DNA of 58,415 nt, the filler included, from Sphacelaria rigidula (Eukaryota): assembly GCA_964200075.2 (NCBI GenBank). It is 5 parts of 5 records of this genome, joined end to end, with 100 filler letters (N's around TTAATTAATTAA, not from the genome) between each part and the next. Parts side by side here need not be neighbours in the genome. Positions count along the whole stretch, not along the records: positions 1 to 11,605 come from CAXNAA020004720.1; positions 11,706 to 23,308 come from CAXNAA020004721.1; 3 more parts are not named here. One strand, written 5' to 3'. The stretch's first letter is position 1. Every line of letters begins with the position of its first letter. A program made the translations under genes and the position numbers. This document shows, piece after piece, positions 1 through 13,204 of the stretch. The notes beneath the pieces were generated by a model that saw only the letters and a list, made by a program, of their open reading frames with translations, was not told the origin of the DNA and searched no databases.

Positions 1-315
1 CTCACTTAAAGCGAATGATCAAAGCCACTCTCAATCGTATCATCTACTCTCAATCTCACGAAAACACTGTTATATTCCGAAGACTTGGTGTGGGTACGAA
101 GATAATAATTTCCCAGATTCTCATCCTCAATGAAAGCTCCATCCTCAATTTCGATGACCGGCTGTTTCATTGTCACCTGCGTACTACGTCGTTGGCTCTC
201 TCCCATCCAGAAATATTATGAGTTTGCGGTATGCTCCAATAATAAGATTATGTACCATACGTTTGACCTTTACTCGCCACAATCGTTACAAAGCCCGTAT
301 CTTCCGATATTTTGA

Positions 316-400
316 TGGATTGATCGATTGTCGCACGTTAACTGACCCACCCAGGGGGTCCAGCCGTGGTCACATGATGGACGTACCCAAGAAAAAGCAA
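316..400 (+). repeat. Dispersed repeat, copy 1
   Basis: GATTGATCGATTGTCGCACGTTAACTGACC..GGGGTCCAGCCGTGGTCACATGATGGACGTACCCAAGAAAAAG recurs at about 55843-55918; a weaker reverse-strand match lies near 15810-15840. Confidence 0.7.
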
Positions 401-1184
401 GGCTGAAACGCGCGCTGAAGGAAAAGAAGGAACAGAAAAAGTGGAACAACGGCATAGTAGACGCAGACGTTGAAGAAAAAGTCAACAAGAGCAAAACACA
501 GGAAGAAATGGCCGATCTAGAACAAAAAAGGGAAGGAACCCCCCCCCCCCGGAAAGCCCAAGGGATCCAGGGCAGCAGAGTAGTAGATACAGACACACAC
601 CAGTGGGCATCGCAGAGCCACCAACCACGGACATGATCAAGAACCGATATGAGCAGACAGGATATAGGACAAAAAAAAAAAAAAGCCTGCGGCGACGCCA
701 CACTCACCACCAAGAAATCGCATTCGAATGTGATTTTTGGTCCCGGGAATGTGGATTATAAATTTTGTCGGATTCTTTCTGTTATTAGTGCACGTATAGC
801 ATTTACTTGCGCTCTTTGAAAGTACTGTAATACTTTTTTCGTGCTGAGAAAATACAAGCGTGCGGGTGCACCTTCTAATAACTTCATTGCAGGTTTTGCG
901 TACTACTGACACCCGAGACACGTGCCGCATCGTGTCATTTGAGAGAGAAGGATATACTATAGCCTGTGAATGTTATCGAGTTTCGACTCTGCAGCAAACA
1001 ACGTCGCGTGTCTGACCAACCACTATCATTTTTCACAATCATGAGACGGCAGTTTCGACACAACGCCCCCTCGGGAAGAATGGTGCGACTCGAATAGGAA
1101 ACTGTCACCATACGGTCGACAACGCGCATGAAGCATGAAACCGTCAATCTCCCTACTTGTAGTTGCCCCGCGTTTCTCAAGTAG

Positions 1185-4100
1185 GCGTTTCTCAGAAGCG
1201 CACGATATCATGAAACAAGCGTAGATTTCATCAAGAGGGGGACAGCACGGGACTCTGTTATGGGCGACGGCCAGGAGGGAAGCAGTGAGCCTATATTAGA
1301 GGAAGAGGAAAAAGAAACCAAGCGGAAGTCTTTTAATAAGAATAAGGGTAAGCGATCGCGGGCGGACGGCGGCAGCTCGGCGAAGGATGATCCCTCGAAA
1401 AAGGATATCGACGGTGGTGCGGAGAAACACAAGGGCGGCAGCCGAACTGATGGAAGCAAAGACAATATCGATGAGGGGGGTAAGGGGAAGAACAGCGGTA
1501 AGAGGAAGAAGTCAAAGGTAGATGTCAAAGGGAGCGGTAGTAGCAGTGGTGATGGTACTAGTAATAGGAGTAGTAGTAGGTTGGAAGGAACAGAAGTGAA
1601 GGACAGTGACAAGAAATCCTCCCGTAGTAGAACCCACGAAGGTGAAGCGAAAACATCGAACGATGAGCAGAATTTGGGCAGCCCCATCGTCAGAGTGACA
1701 CCAGCCAACGTTCTGAAGGAGCCCTCAGAATCCACCAGCGACAAAGCCGGAAGCTCAGATGCACCCAACGCTCCACCCTCTCGGGAAGTTGATGATGGGA
1801 TCGGTACAGTTTCGTCCCCACGAATGGACGAGCCGGAGAGCAGCTCAGCGCTGCTTTCTACAGCACCGGGAGAAGACGGCGACAAGAACAACCGACGACC
1901 TGAGAATATCAGCACCCCCGCTGCTGGCGAATCTGCAACTAGCAAGCGGCGTGCGAGCAAGGCAGATGGCGTTGGTGCAAATGAACCGACGCCATCAGTT
2001 ACTTCTTCGATCGGTCTTGTAAGTGCTGAAGAAATGGCGGAGGAGATAAATACTCTTCCCCGACAGCAGTCCAATTCTCGTGTGCCGAAATCGAAACGAT
2101 CGTCCAAGGACCAGAAAAGCAAGGAAAAGAGAGGTACGTTCACTGCTGCTACCATTGTTCCGTCTTCTAAGGCTGCTGAAGGTGATAGGAAGAGGACCCA
2201 GGAGATTTCAGCCGAACAAATAATCCCACCACCTGCTTCGTCCACTCCTGCGATAGCAACGAACGCTACGTCACACCATGCGCCTATTGGCGCAGGAAAA
2301 CGTGCTTCTGATCGAGTTTCGAATGGTGGTAGCCGTCCTGAAAGTGCCAATGACGGAACGAGAGGAGAGGTCAGTGACACGATTATGTCCGCAGATGTGA
2401 CCACTCCATCAGAGTCGACGAATGATACGGAACATGTGAGAATAAGAGCCTGCCGACTCCCGATTGCCAGTGAAGCCCACTCTCCTGCGCTTGAGAGTCA
2501 AGTTTTCTCGCCCTACGTTATCTTCGATGGTGTCCATGCGCTCTTGCTTCTCGTCAGTTCCAGACTCGCGTATTAACCTGTAAACGCCGATCTATGGTAC
2601 ATACCAGTTCTATAGTCAGGGTAAGACATACCCATCGTTGAGTAAGCGCACACCGACGAGACGTTTATTTTTTTCGACGCCTAAATTTGCTCCCGGTAGG
2701 ATGGTTCGGTCCCCGGTGAATGCCAATACTCCGCTTCTCTGACAATATATATTTCCATCGGACTTGCAAAATCGTCCTTGGGCGTTTACCAACAGGTCGA
2801 GGCAACCCCATCAAGCCATGAATCAGTAGCCGGCGTTAGTCAGTTGGAGGCTAGCGATTTTCAGGACATGCAAGACGAAATTACAGGTTTAACCGCTTCA
2901 CCTGCAGGGGGTGAAGAAGGGAGAGTGGATAGTGAGAATCCGATGGCCATTGACAAACGACAGCCCCCTGCTATGAGGCGGCGGTCAGGAAGCGCTGACA
3001 AAAGTGTGCGGCTGAAATTAAACGAAGCTGGGGGTCGGACAGCTACGATACAGGGTCCCGAGCTCGGTGTGCAAGTGATCGATGAAGGGACGACGAAGCA
3101 GCTCGTCCTCACGACGACAATCGGCCACCGACCGGCAGAAGTCTTGAACGATGATGCACCTCAGGAGCCCGCGATAGTACTCGTTAACAGTCCTGCTCCC
3201 CGGTTTATCTACGGGCGGCGCAGGAGTAGTGGCGTCATCGATCCCGACGACGAAATAGCGCGAAGTATTGCTTTTCGGCAGCGATTTTCCGCCGTGTTAT
3301 TGGGGGAACAAGACATCGATTCACCGTTTACTGGCGGCGGTGGCGACGGTAGTGGTGGAATATCGCCGGAAGCAACGAAATCAGAAACGTCTTGCGATGT
3401 ATCGCGACCAAAATCTGTTGGGCATAATGAACTTGCTCCCGTGTTCCAAGAACGTGAAGGTCATTCGACTAGTCTGTCGCCAAGAGCTGTACCCTCACTA
3501 CAGGGTGAACACTTTGCGCCAGGCGATCAAAGACCGCCTCACCCAACGCCTCTGGCGCCCAGGAGTGCGGACGGAAATCTCTCGGATCTCTTGCGACCAT
3601 CTGAAATTATGTCTCCCAGTCTACCCGAGTGCGTGCAAGAGCAAGCATCATTTCACGATGCACTGCCGAGCGGCTACGGCCAGCATTCCCCGACGACAGT
3701 GAGCTTCACAAGGGAAGACTGTAGTAGAATCATACCCACCTCCCGAACGATGGCAGTAGCTTCGCATGAAAGCACAACGCGGAGCTCGTCGGAGCACAAG
3801 GACAGCTTGAGAACCATGCAAACAGGCAATCGGGGACAGTCATACGAGGGGCAGGAGCCGAGGCAACAAGGTGTGCAAATTTGTGTCGACTTCCCCGAAG
3901 GTACTGGAGATGACGCAAAGCAGTCAGCATTGGGGAGCCGCAATCAAGGAAAGCCTGGTCTCGAGAAAGATTTCGCGAAGGGAGAAAGCACTTTCGGCGA
4001 TAGTGAGGCCGACAGTGAAGGACCTCTCCTGCACTTTCGGAGCGATTTCACGAGGCAACTTGTGGATGGAAATCGCCCGGCGATGTTCTTTCTCCGATCG

Positions 4101-6946
4101 AATGAAGGCCTGGCGGTAACGCGAGTAGAGGGGTCTGGGCGGTTATTGGTTACTTTGAGGGTGGAGGCGGGTGACGGAGTTCTGGTGGATGACGCGATCG
4201 TGTACGACAGTGCGGCGGACTTCGCTCATTCTGCGACCCTGGTAAGATATTCGGTGGTGCCTGCTGTGTGTGCTTTTCACATGGTAAACATCCTTCCCAG
4301 CTTCCCTTTACAAAATACACGCGAAGCTCATGATCACAAAAAAAATACAAGAGAAGCCCGCTTAGCACCCTGCTCAGTGTCAAGGCAAAAACATAACCAG
4401 TGTAACGATATTAAAAACGAAGAGACCATCAGTCATCGTCAATCACTTTTCTGAGTCGCGTGTTCAGTCCGTACACGATATAAGCGACAGTAACGTTCAG
4501 GGTGCCAACTGAGTAAGCGCCTGTTGCTGCCAGTTTGCTGTGTGACGAGGTGTCCCCGTAACATCACGATATTTTTTCTCGGATGAAAAACCGTCGATGT
4601 AACGGTAACGGTACAAGAGAATGACGCTTATCCTGCAACAACTCTCGCACAAGGTAGGAGGTTGTAATCTTCGAGTGCCCTAGCTTCGCGTGGGAGTAGG
4701 CCCGCTGGTGCGAAGCTGCGACGAAGGTATGAGTGTTTTCGATATATTTACATGATTTCTCTCATAGTTCCCAGCAAGAACACGCTCCCGATAGTCTCCT
4801 TCCCCTTTCTTCCTTCGATGATGATACTCTCTCCGTGAACATGCAGACAGACCACAGGTTTCCATACGTTGAAGGTCACCGTTACGAATTTCGCGTGGTA
4901 CCAACCCAGGGCATCGCGCTCACAGCCCGTCGCCGCGAAAACATTGAGCGGCGAGAGGGAGAGGTCCATGAATGCGACAATAGTAGCCAACGGGAGACCG
5001 TGCGTCATGGAAGGATTGAGGCAGCCCACACAGGGTTACAAGTCTCGTTTTCCATTGTTGCTGCGTTCAATGCCAACGATCGATTACGGAGCGCAGACGC
5101 GATGCGATTATGCGCACCACCCATCGAAAAAGGGTCTATACTCTCGCGGTCCGATTCGCCGGCGCTGCAGGCAACGAAGGAAGCGACGTCTCCCCGGCCA
5201 GTCGGCTCTGCCGCGCGTTTCCCTTCTCCTCGCATCCAGCAACCGTCACGTTGCGATTCGGGGAAAAGAAGAAGAAGTCCACCAGCTTCTTCTTCTACTC
5301 TTGCCTCGCCTCGAAGGACATCCCCCGTCGTTGCGGTCAAAACTGACGCCTATACCAACACAACTGCCCACTGCGTGTCGAAGCCCACGCAGACGCTTGC
5401 CCTAAAAGCCTCTCCGAGAGCTGAGGAAAGGCGTTCGCTGGGTGATCTGGACGGACTAATGAGCAACGCCGGTGGGACAGCCGAAGGAAGGACGCCCACT
5501 GGCAGCGTTGGGCCTAAGGTAAACGATGCAGGAAATACTGGACCCGCACCCTCCCTCATTTCCAGGTATGAGAAGCGCACAGATGACGGAGACAATTTTT
5601 CCCCCGTGGCTCAACCTGCTCTTTCTGCGCGGGCACCGGTGGCTTCCACGTGCGAGGGACAGTTTCCTCCTGTCCAGAGGGTTGAAGGAACAAACCGTGG
5701 TGCGATGTGGGCCGGTGGTAGTGATGGGCCACCAGTGAACCGTAATCACAAAGGGGGGCAGCTTTTTTCAGGACAACCTCCTCCGTTTGTCGACAGTAAT
5801 AGTCCCTCTTCCCTGCGCAACAATAACAGCAACGATGCTCACCCGGGTCGCACTGACCTTCCGGCTGGGGGGAAGGAGGAGGGTTGGGCGAGAGAGCGAC
5901 AAACAATGCAACTGCGTTGGAACCCTGCTTGGGAGGGGGGAAAAGTGTTGCCGTCGTACCAGGTTCCCTTTGCCCCTTTCACCCACCAGCCGCTGCCGCT
6001 CGTCCCACGGCACACGGATGCCTCCCCAAGGTCAAAGTGTTGTGAACAGGAAGAGCGGCAGTATTTTCCGAGCCAACATCGTGTTTGTGGAGCACACCTC
6101 GCCTACCCCCATTGGCCGACAACGACGCCTGTCGACCAAAGAGGGTCCGACGGTCAGCATCGGGTGGATCGTCCTGCAGGGCAAGGCCAGCGGCAGCAAC
6201 AATATGTGATGCCCGGAGGAGTTCACCCTCCACTTCAATACTCTGCTGCTGCACCGCATGACAGAGGGCTTAGACGAAGGGGAATCGCCGACAAAATAGG
6301 TCCTCCGCCACGTGGGTTCGTCGCGGCGGGCGGACAGCGCCGAGTGATGGACAGACATACCCGTCCCTGGGAAACATCGTCTGGGGGAAATGACCCTCTA
6401 TCCAGCAGGCCGCTGGGGCAGCTTGGCTGGACGAACAGGACCAATGCCCTTCCAACGGCAGAGGGCTTCGACCCTCAACGGGCGCGCAAAGGTGAGGGAG
6501 GTAACTGGAAAATAGACGAATCCATGGGGGTAGGGGTAGGATTCCCAGGCGACTTCAGCGCTGCCGACGATGAGCGACAACAACGGGGGTGGGAAGGTGA
6601 TGAAAATAATAGAAATAGTTGTCATCCTTCCAGCGGAGCGCGGTATCCCGGACATCACAACGTCCGGTTAGATTCATTCGGCCCGATGGCTGGCCAGGTA
6701 CCGTTGGCGTCGTACCGGGAGGCTCCTGCTCCTCCTCGTCCTGCTCTAGTGGATACCAACGAAATACACCGCGGCGTCACGGATGAACATTTCGCACCGG
6801 CCGAGCACGGATATCGACATAGCGGTGGTGACAACCTAGTTGTACCCGGCGATGGGATGGGCACTACGCGAGCAGAGGAGAAGAGCCCTCGAAATCTACG
6901 AGGAGGGGACCAACTGGGCTATAACCTCAACACCATGATTGAATTG
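1185..6946 (+). CDS. Partial multi-exon gene for a large, mostly low-complexity/disordered protein of unknown function (exons 1185-2435, 2796-4241, 4775-6946; both ends missing)
   Basis: Three long ORFs (1260-2576, 2778-4454, 4733-6994) join in frame through canonical phase-0 splice sites: tag|GCG 1185, CAT|gtgaga 2435, aacag|GTC 2796, CTG|gtaaga 4241, cccag|CAA 4775, TTG|gtaagt 6946. The protein is rich in S/G/P/R/D/K. Confidence 0.75.
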
Positions 6947-8667
6947 GTAAGTGGGGTGCAGAGGCGCAAGAATGGACACCCGAGAGCTGCTTGATGACTT
7001 CTAAGTGAGCGTTTTTTCTCGGATTTCGTCATACGTAGCGGACGAATTAAAATTTGCCCGTAGTGTCATATATCTCGGTAGAATCCCACCACAGCGCCCT
7101 GGGTATCGCCCAACGTCGTGGAGTTGACATGAAAATAATCGGACGCAATATCACGATTTCCGCACCAAGTGAGAATTTACGCGTTGTGTGAACGTGTAGT
7201 GAGGTTTGTACTCGTCCCCAAAATCGATAGCCCCATATGCCGACTTCTTGAGCAAGTGGTGGTTGATTGCCTTGTCGATCGGTAACTGCTCAAGAATCTT
7301 TGTTGCAGAGATATCCGTACATGGTTGTGTGTACGGACTCAACCGACATAATAAGTAACTTCCATCTGCTCATGACACTTCGCTGCTGGACACACTCGCC
7401 TTTTTGTGAACTCCTGCGCTTGCCGCGGGCGTGTAGGGAGTCGTGAAACGATAAAGGGAGGGTGAAATATCACGTAACTGTCAGACCCGCGGTGAGCGTA
7501 TACACGTGACCCCTGCCCCTACCCCTCGTCCCTCGCTGAAGTGCTGTTGAGGTCCCCCCTGCTCAACATGGTGGTGCTCCCAAGCAGCAGGGTTTTCCGA
7601 AAATAGCTTTCGTCATACGCTATGCAGCGCTCGTGAAAACACGTTTCATCGAAGGGCGTTCCACCGAACAAAATGAGACGTTTCCCCCTGTTTATTCCCT
7701 CCTCTGTCTTTACACGGCTCTAGGGGAAAAAGCGGCCACCACATCGTGCACGTGCCGCCGCTCGTGGACAACCAACCTACGCCCGACCACGAAGGAATCG
7801 ACAGCTGAACGGAAAGGGCATGGGCCAGATTAGCGTTGGCAATAGCAGTGGCGTTAGGCAGGCAACTCCTCCGCGATGGCTTAAGTGTTAGTAGTCTGGG
7901 CGTCGCGTGTCGAAGTCAGGGCCGGAGCTTTTACCTCCACGTGTCGTGCACGAGGCCAGTCTGTATAGAGGTAGAGTTGCGCCAGCTTGGCGCGTGAGTG
8001 TGAGAATTGTATTCCTTTTGAACATTGAGAACTGTATGTACAGTGAGCCAGGTGCATGATGGATTATTAGGTGGGAGACGGGGGGCGGGGTTATGCGACT
8101 AGAGGGTCTCGGTCCTGACACCTAATGGTTGGAGACCACGAGCCGTCAGGTTAAGACAGTGCTACACTCTAAGGCGGGTATTGAAGTATACGATGTAAAA
8201 TGACATCACTAAGGCCCGCCACGTCAATTATCTTGAATTTTTGACATGGGGAGCTCTACGCATTATTATGACACGGTACGAATTCCAACGTAAAAATATT
8301 ACCGTGATGTGAAAAGTACGCTGACGCACGTGGCCAATCGGCTCCCCCCCTCAAAGTGGTCAATGGTCACACGACTAAGCAACAAATGAGTACGCCCCCC
8401 TCAAAAATTCCTCTAGAATATTATATACACTCTAGTACATATTTATACTCTAGAGTCTCCAGATTCTCAAAGAGCATACAGCATGTGAAAGCTCTAGAGT
8501 GCAAATATTTCTCTGGAGTTACTTGCTACAAAGCTTGAACCTCGAGGGGAATTTAAGAAAAAAAAACTCCATAGGGTCAAGATTGCTCTAGAGTATACGG
8601 TACTTGACACCTCTAGAGCGCGCATATTCCCCTCGAGGGAATCAAGCCCTCCAGAAGATTGCAGAGA

Positions 8668-9021
8668 TCACACGCGGCCATCTCACGACCCCCAAAATTC
8701 CTCCAGAGCGGCTAATTTTCGAGCCTCCCGAGGGTTTGAACGCCTCCGTAGGAATGAAACGCCTTCAGAGGGTTAGTTTTTGGTTTTCTCCAGAGAGATT
8801 AAACGCCTGCGAAGGCTTGGTTCTGCCTCCGGAGGGTCGCGCATCCCTCCGGAGGCATTTTACTACCCCCAAATGTTTCCGGAGGGGTGCGCGGCCCTCC
8901 AGAGCGGTAGTTTTGGGTTTCCTCCAGAGGGATTAAAGGCCTCCGGAGGCTTGTTTTGCCTCTGGAGGGCGGCGCATCCCTCCGAAGTCATTTTGGGGAG
9001 TAGCCAAATGGCCGCGTGTGA
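8668..9021. mobile_element. MITE/foldback element with CACACGCGGCCAT terminal inverted repeats
   Basis: Left end TCACACGCGGCCATCTCACGACCCCCAAAA; right end TTTTGGGGAGTAGCCAAATGGCCGCGTGTGA; many internal CTCCAGAG/CTCCGGAG motifs; related copy at 55113-55454. Confidence 0.75.
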
Positions 9022-9962
9022 ACCACCATACTCCCGCGTAAGCAAGAGCAACCAAAGGAGAGTATCACGAAACACTCTGAAGGATTGAAAATACCGCCCT
9101 GGATGGTAGCCGATTGGTCACGTATGGAGGGTGGAAAATATATCACCACGGATTGTCAAGTTGGGTATCGTCCGGGTGAGATCCACCGTAAACATCGTTG
9201 AAATCATCAGGACGATATAACGTGGATCATGACGTCAAAATGTAGACAAGGAACGGAACCGATCACACTCGCAACTAAGCAGCGAGGGCGCCACGAAAAG
9301 GATTTTTCGGGGACCTTTGGGTAATAGTGGGTCGTATCGTACGGTAGGCATGTCCTTCAACCGGCGTGTCGTGACGATCCTTCCACTGTCCACTATGAGT
9401 CGTGGTGACCCGCACAGTACACCGCGAGAGTATATGGTCCATGGCGATCGTGCAATGGCCGTGATAACGTGGGCATTCCAATTTTTTCCGTGGTGAAATA
9501 TAAAATACGAAGCTCCGTGAGATAAGGACGGCGGGTTGTCAAAACAGGGTCATCACTACCCCATCCCCTTCCTTCCCAGCCCCTACCCCATCCGTCCTCT
9601 TGTTGGGGCGGGTACTATTGTTGCCCGTCATGCAGAAGTCGAAGCACCGTCGACTCCTGAGCAACCACATTGTTTTTTAATGGAAAATTGGTTCGAACGT
9701 CCATCTTTAGACTACTGGTCTCTGCAATTATACATATGGTGCAACCTACAAAGCGCATTAAAGTAGTGCAAGGGCAGGTGGGGTAGGATATACCCGATAT
9801 ATTTGTGTTTTGAAAAGTAAATATTCGACCCATGCTATGGCGCAGCAGCCAGCCCAGTGCTGTTGTTCCCCCCTCTACACAGCCCATACAGATCATTGTG
9901 AGGGACTTGGGCAGGTGATCTGCGAATTTTCAAGATACTAAAATATTGGGTATACCTTACCC

Positions 9963-10283
9963 TACACCTTTCGGTAAATGTAGGCGCACCACCAGCCGGG
10001 GGTCACACAGGAGGAAGGCCAACACAGGAGTGTTTTCTTTTTCATTTGTTTTAGTTCTTCACCTTCCTCCTACGGTGCTTGCCTTTGTTTTTTATCTCGA
10101 GAGGGCTTCAGCAGTCCCTTTCCCTCGTCGGCTATTGAGTCGAATTTTGTGTACCCACGACATGGTTGCTCTCCACTATTGAGCATTGTACGAGAAAATA
10201 TTCCAGATCGCTCCGAGATTCGAACCCACGACCCTACCGTCAGGAGGTTTCGAGGTTACCAACTGAGCCACCGGGGTGACCGG
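9963..10283 (-). mobile_element. tRNA-derived SINE, family A, copy 1
   Basis: Reverse strand starts CCGGTCACCCCGGTGGCTCAGTTGG (A box) ... GGTTCGAATC (B box); the body matches four other copies. Confidence 0.85.
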
Positions 10284-11324
10284 CGTTTCGCGTATACTAC
10301 TCTGAATGATCCACTAGAAGACCACGTGCATTCACCTGCGGATGTGGGACAACTCAGGTCATCAGTATGGTGAACCAGCCTTTTATAGGGTTGTGCACAC
10401 TTCCACCCAGGGCACGGTCAGATCAAGCGAAGTCCAGGCCGTCACAGTAATGGCATTTGGCAATGTTTTTTCGTGATATTGAGAGTCTAGGATACGATTG
10501 AGAAAGAGAAGCGATCAATTAATGAATTGAATAATGCCAGTTTCATTATGACTCTCCGGTCCTTACACGAGGCCCGATACGCCATACTGTGTGGTAGCCT
10601 GCCACTGAGGCCTTTGATATCCCTGAGTGGGATACATCGACGTGTAGCTGTAAGCATGCGACCGTGTTACAGGCAAAAAGATGCACACACAGGATGAAAA
10701 GCTGGTCAAGTTAGGGCGAATAACAAATTTCTCTCTCTCAAACAGCGTTAGACGCTCAATCTCACGAAAACATTGTTTTGCAGCTCACCAAGCGTACCCA
10801 CATAGGCTGCACCGGGTGTCCTAGTCTAAACCGGTATCAGGGTCTATTGATGTCTTTTGTAGTCGTGTGTTCGGGTGCATGTATCCCTCCTGCGCTTGTC
10901 AAGGTTGAAGTACACCGACAACTCTTCCTCACCCTGCCATGTCACACTCCCTTGTGTTGTGAAATGTTATTCCCCATCCCAGCCCTCCCTTTTGAGGGTT
11001 GGCGTTGGTTGGCGACAAGGTTGTAAAACACGCCACTCAATACGTAAGCTTGGCAACCAGGTTGCCGTTTTTTATCACTGGCGTTTTTTGCGGTAACCAT
11101 GATGTTGGTCGAGCTAGATCAACTTGTACGGGGTGGAGAACCTGACCTCTGCGCAAAGGGGATGGTCATACTGCGTATTCTTCAAATGGTGAGACACCAA
11201 TAAGGTAGTGGTGTAACCTGTGGCTGTCTGGAAGTATGGTGATACCGGAAAATGAAGCAACTCATTCGAGGCTGCCATCCATATATATATATATATACAC
11301 ACACATATTCAAGATAATCACTAT

Positions 11325-11490
11325 ACACTTCGGGCCGAACAATTTTAGCAGGATGCAGCTCGATCACTTTTTATGCGACTCGCCGAACACATCAGGGTGC
11401 GTCGTGCTTGGTTACTGACTATTGCGAGCCTGGTCCGGCGAAAACTCGGCGTGCTCCGTCCCGGCTTTCAGGGATGCGAGGTCAATGGTC
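11325..11490 (+). repeat. Dispersed repeat (partner at about 53373-53510)
   Basis: Shares CCGAACAAT(T/C)TTAGCA..ATG(C/T)AGCTC, GACTCGC.GAACAC and TCCCGGCTTT...ATGC.AGGTCAATGGTC with the copy in contig 5. Confidence 0.6.
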
Positions 11491-11605
11491 TCATGACTAG
11501 GGCATGCATGGTCATAAGTATACCCCTCGTCTCCGTCCCGTCGCATGGTCCGGCGATCAGTTCGCAGAGGAAAAGCCCCGTCGGTGTCTGGACGTTGTTA
11601 TACCC

Positions 11606-11705
11606 NNNNNNNNNNNNNNNNNNNNNNNNNNNNNNNNNNNNNNNNNNNNTTAATTAATTAANNNNNNNNNNNNNNNNNNNNNNNNNNNNNNNNNNNNNNN
11701 NNNNN
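11606..11705. other. Artificial contig linker (N44-TTAATTAATTAA-N44)
   Basis: Six-frame stop linker flanked by N runs; identical at four positions. Confidence 0.98.
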
Positions 11706-11789
11706 GGGGGAGAGATGGGTTGATTCCTTGAGACCACGGACTCATCCCGAGGAAGGGGAGGGGTTTAAAGTGTGAGGAAGAAAAAAAAA
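11706..11789 (+). repeat. Retroposon-like 3' end with A-rich tail
   Basis: GGGGGAGAGATGGGTT.AT.CCTTGAGACCAC.GACTC.TCCCG.GGAAGG also occurs at 50825-50917, where it ends in (AT)n. Confidence 0.65.
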
Positions 11790-12681
11790 TGACCATGGGG
11801 ACGCTGTTACAGAGGCGAGTGCATGCCCGCACGGCGCACATACCTAGACGCAGACACGAATATCGCAGGCAATATAAATATTCAATCACACAAAAAAAAA
11901 TCAACTTGGGCACGAACAGTTGTTGATCGAGCGGATCTAAAATGTGAAGCAAGATTGCGTTTCGTCGCGTTGTTGTGTGTGCTTTGCTTTATTCTGTCGG
12001 CGTCAAGCGTAGAGCGTTCAGTGGTGGCTGAGCAATGTGAGACGGAAGCATGAGGAAGAGTCGAGATTTCTGTTGAATTTTCCTGGCTGATGAAGTCACA
12101 CTCAATAACATCAACAAGTTGTCGTGCTACTAGTAGTTCCTGGCGCTTATGTGGTACACGCGGACCGCCATGTATGCTGCACTACTGTTTTACCGCTTCG
12201 TTTTTTAATTCACGTCGCAAAGTTCATTGATATTTCCTTTTCGCCCACTCATTCACATGTATATATTGTGCACCGGTTACGTGCTCGAATTACTGGCGCT
12301 AACCGGCTAGAATTTACCGTGATTTTGAAGAGATGTGAAGCCTAATGACATATAACCTTCTTGCCTCCAGCGGCGCCTACGGCGGGGGCCCCTTACCAGT
12401 CAGGGGGGAGCGTTTCCGCGACTCCGTCGCATTGCCTTGCCAGGCAACGCTGGCGGAGTCGTGGGGCGGCTTCGCCGCCAGATATCCAGAATTGACTGAT
12501 AACGGTAACCGGTTATAATTTTTTGCATCCAGTTAATTGGTTGGCCAAATCTGTTCACAACTCTAGTATTTTGCTTGCCCATCGCACCTTCTCGATCGAA
12601 AAATAATTAGCCAAGACAGGGCCTGAGAGTTACGGCTGGAGCTGCAACAATCCACAAAATGTTGACCGTAGTGACAGATAG

Positions 12682-12830
12682 CCGTCGCCCCCGTGGCTCG
12701 GTTGGAAACCTCAAAACCTCCGGACGGTTGGGTCTTGGGTTCGAATCACGGTGAAGCCACACGATGTGGATTCTTTTCTCGCACCATGCCCAACAGTGGA
12801 GAACGACCATGTCGTGGGTACGCAAAATTC
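12682..12830 (+). mobile_element. tRNA-derived SINE, family A, copy 2 (3'-truncated)
   Basis: GTCGCCCCCGTGGCTCGGTTGG...GGGTTCGAATC followed by the family body CCCAACAGTGGAGA..GACCATGTCGTGGGTACGCAAAATT. Confidence 0.8.
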
Positions 12831-13204
12831 TGCTACTCTGTGCATAAGTGTACAATGTGAAGAAGATTTGAACGAAGTACAGTTTTGTACTGTCTGTACT
12901 ATCCATGAGCGCCAACACAATTTGGTTGCCCACCATGCCATGTAATTCCGTCGCCGACCCATCCCAAAAAAATATGCTCAAGTTCTCGCCAACAAAAAAT
13001 AGAAACAGTATGTCAAGAGAGTGACAGTGCCAGGTCCCAAATTCTACTGCGCTGCATGTATCTCTGTGCTCAACTCGTGCTTTATGCGGCAGGGCTTCCG
13101 TGGCAGCTGAAAGCCAATCGTGTGGGATTTACGTGATCCTGTGAACGGGTGATATCTGGCGTGGTGGCCTATGGGCTGGTTCACGGGAAAAAAAAAAGAA
13201 GCAT

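Noticed and set aside
6-206. 66-aa minus-strand ORF that looks coding or viral
   Set aside because: Short, at a contig edge, with no recognisable motif or supporting context.
1208-2404. 398-aa minus-strand ORF
   Set aside because: Antisense shadow of the plus-strand exon, which has in-frame splice sites.
7886-8120. Possible solo LTR (TGTTAG...CTGACA)
   Set aside because: No matching TSD, PBS, PPT or second copy in the window.
10780-11000. Possible minus-strand LINE 3' remnant (EEELSVYFNL...RFRLG)
   Set aside because: Similarity to the contig 3 LINE tail is too faint to support by eye.
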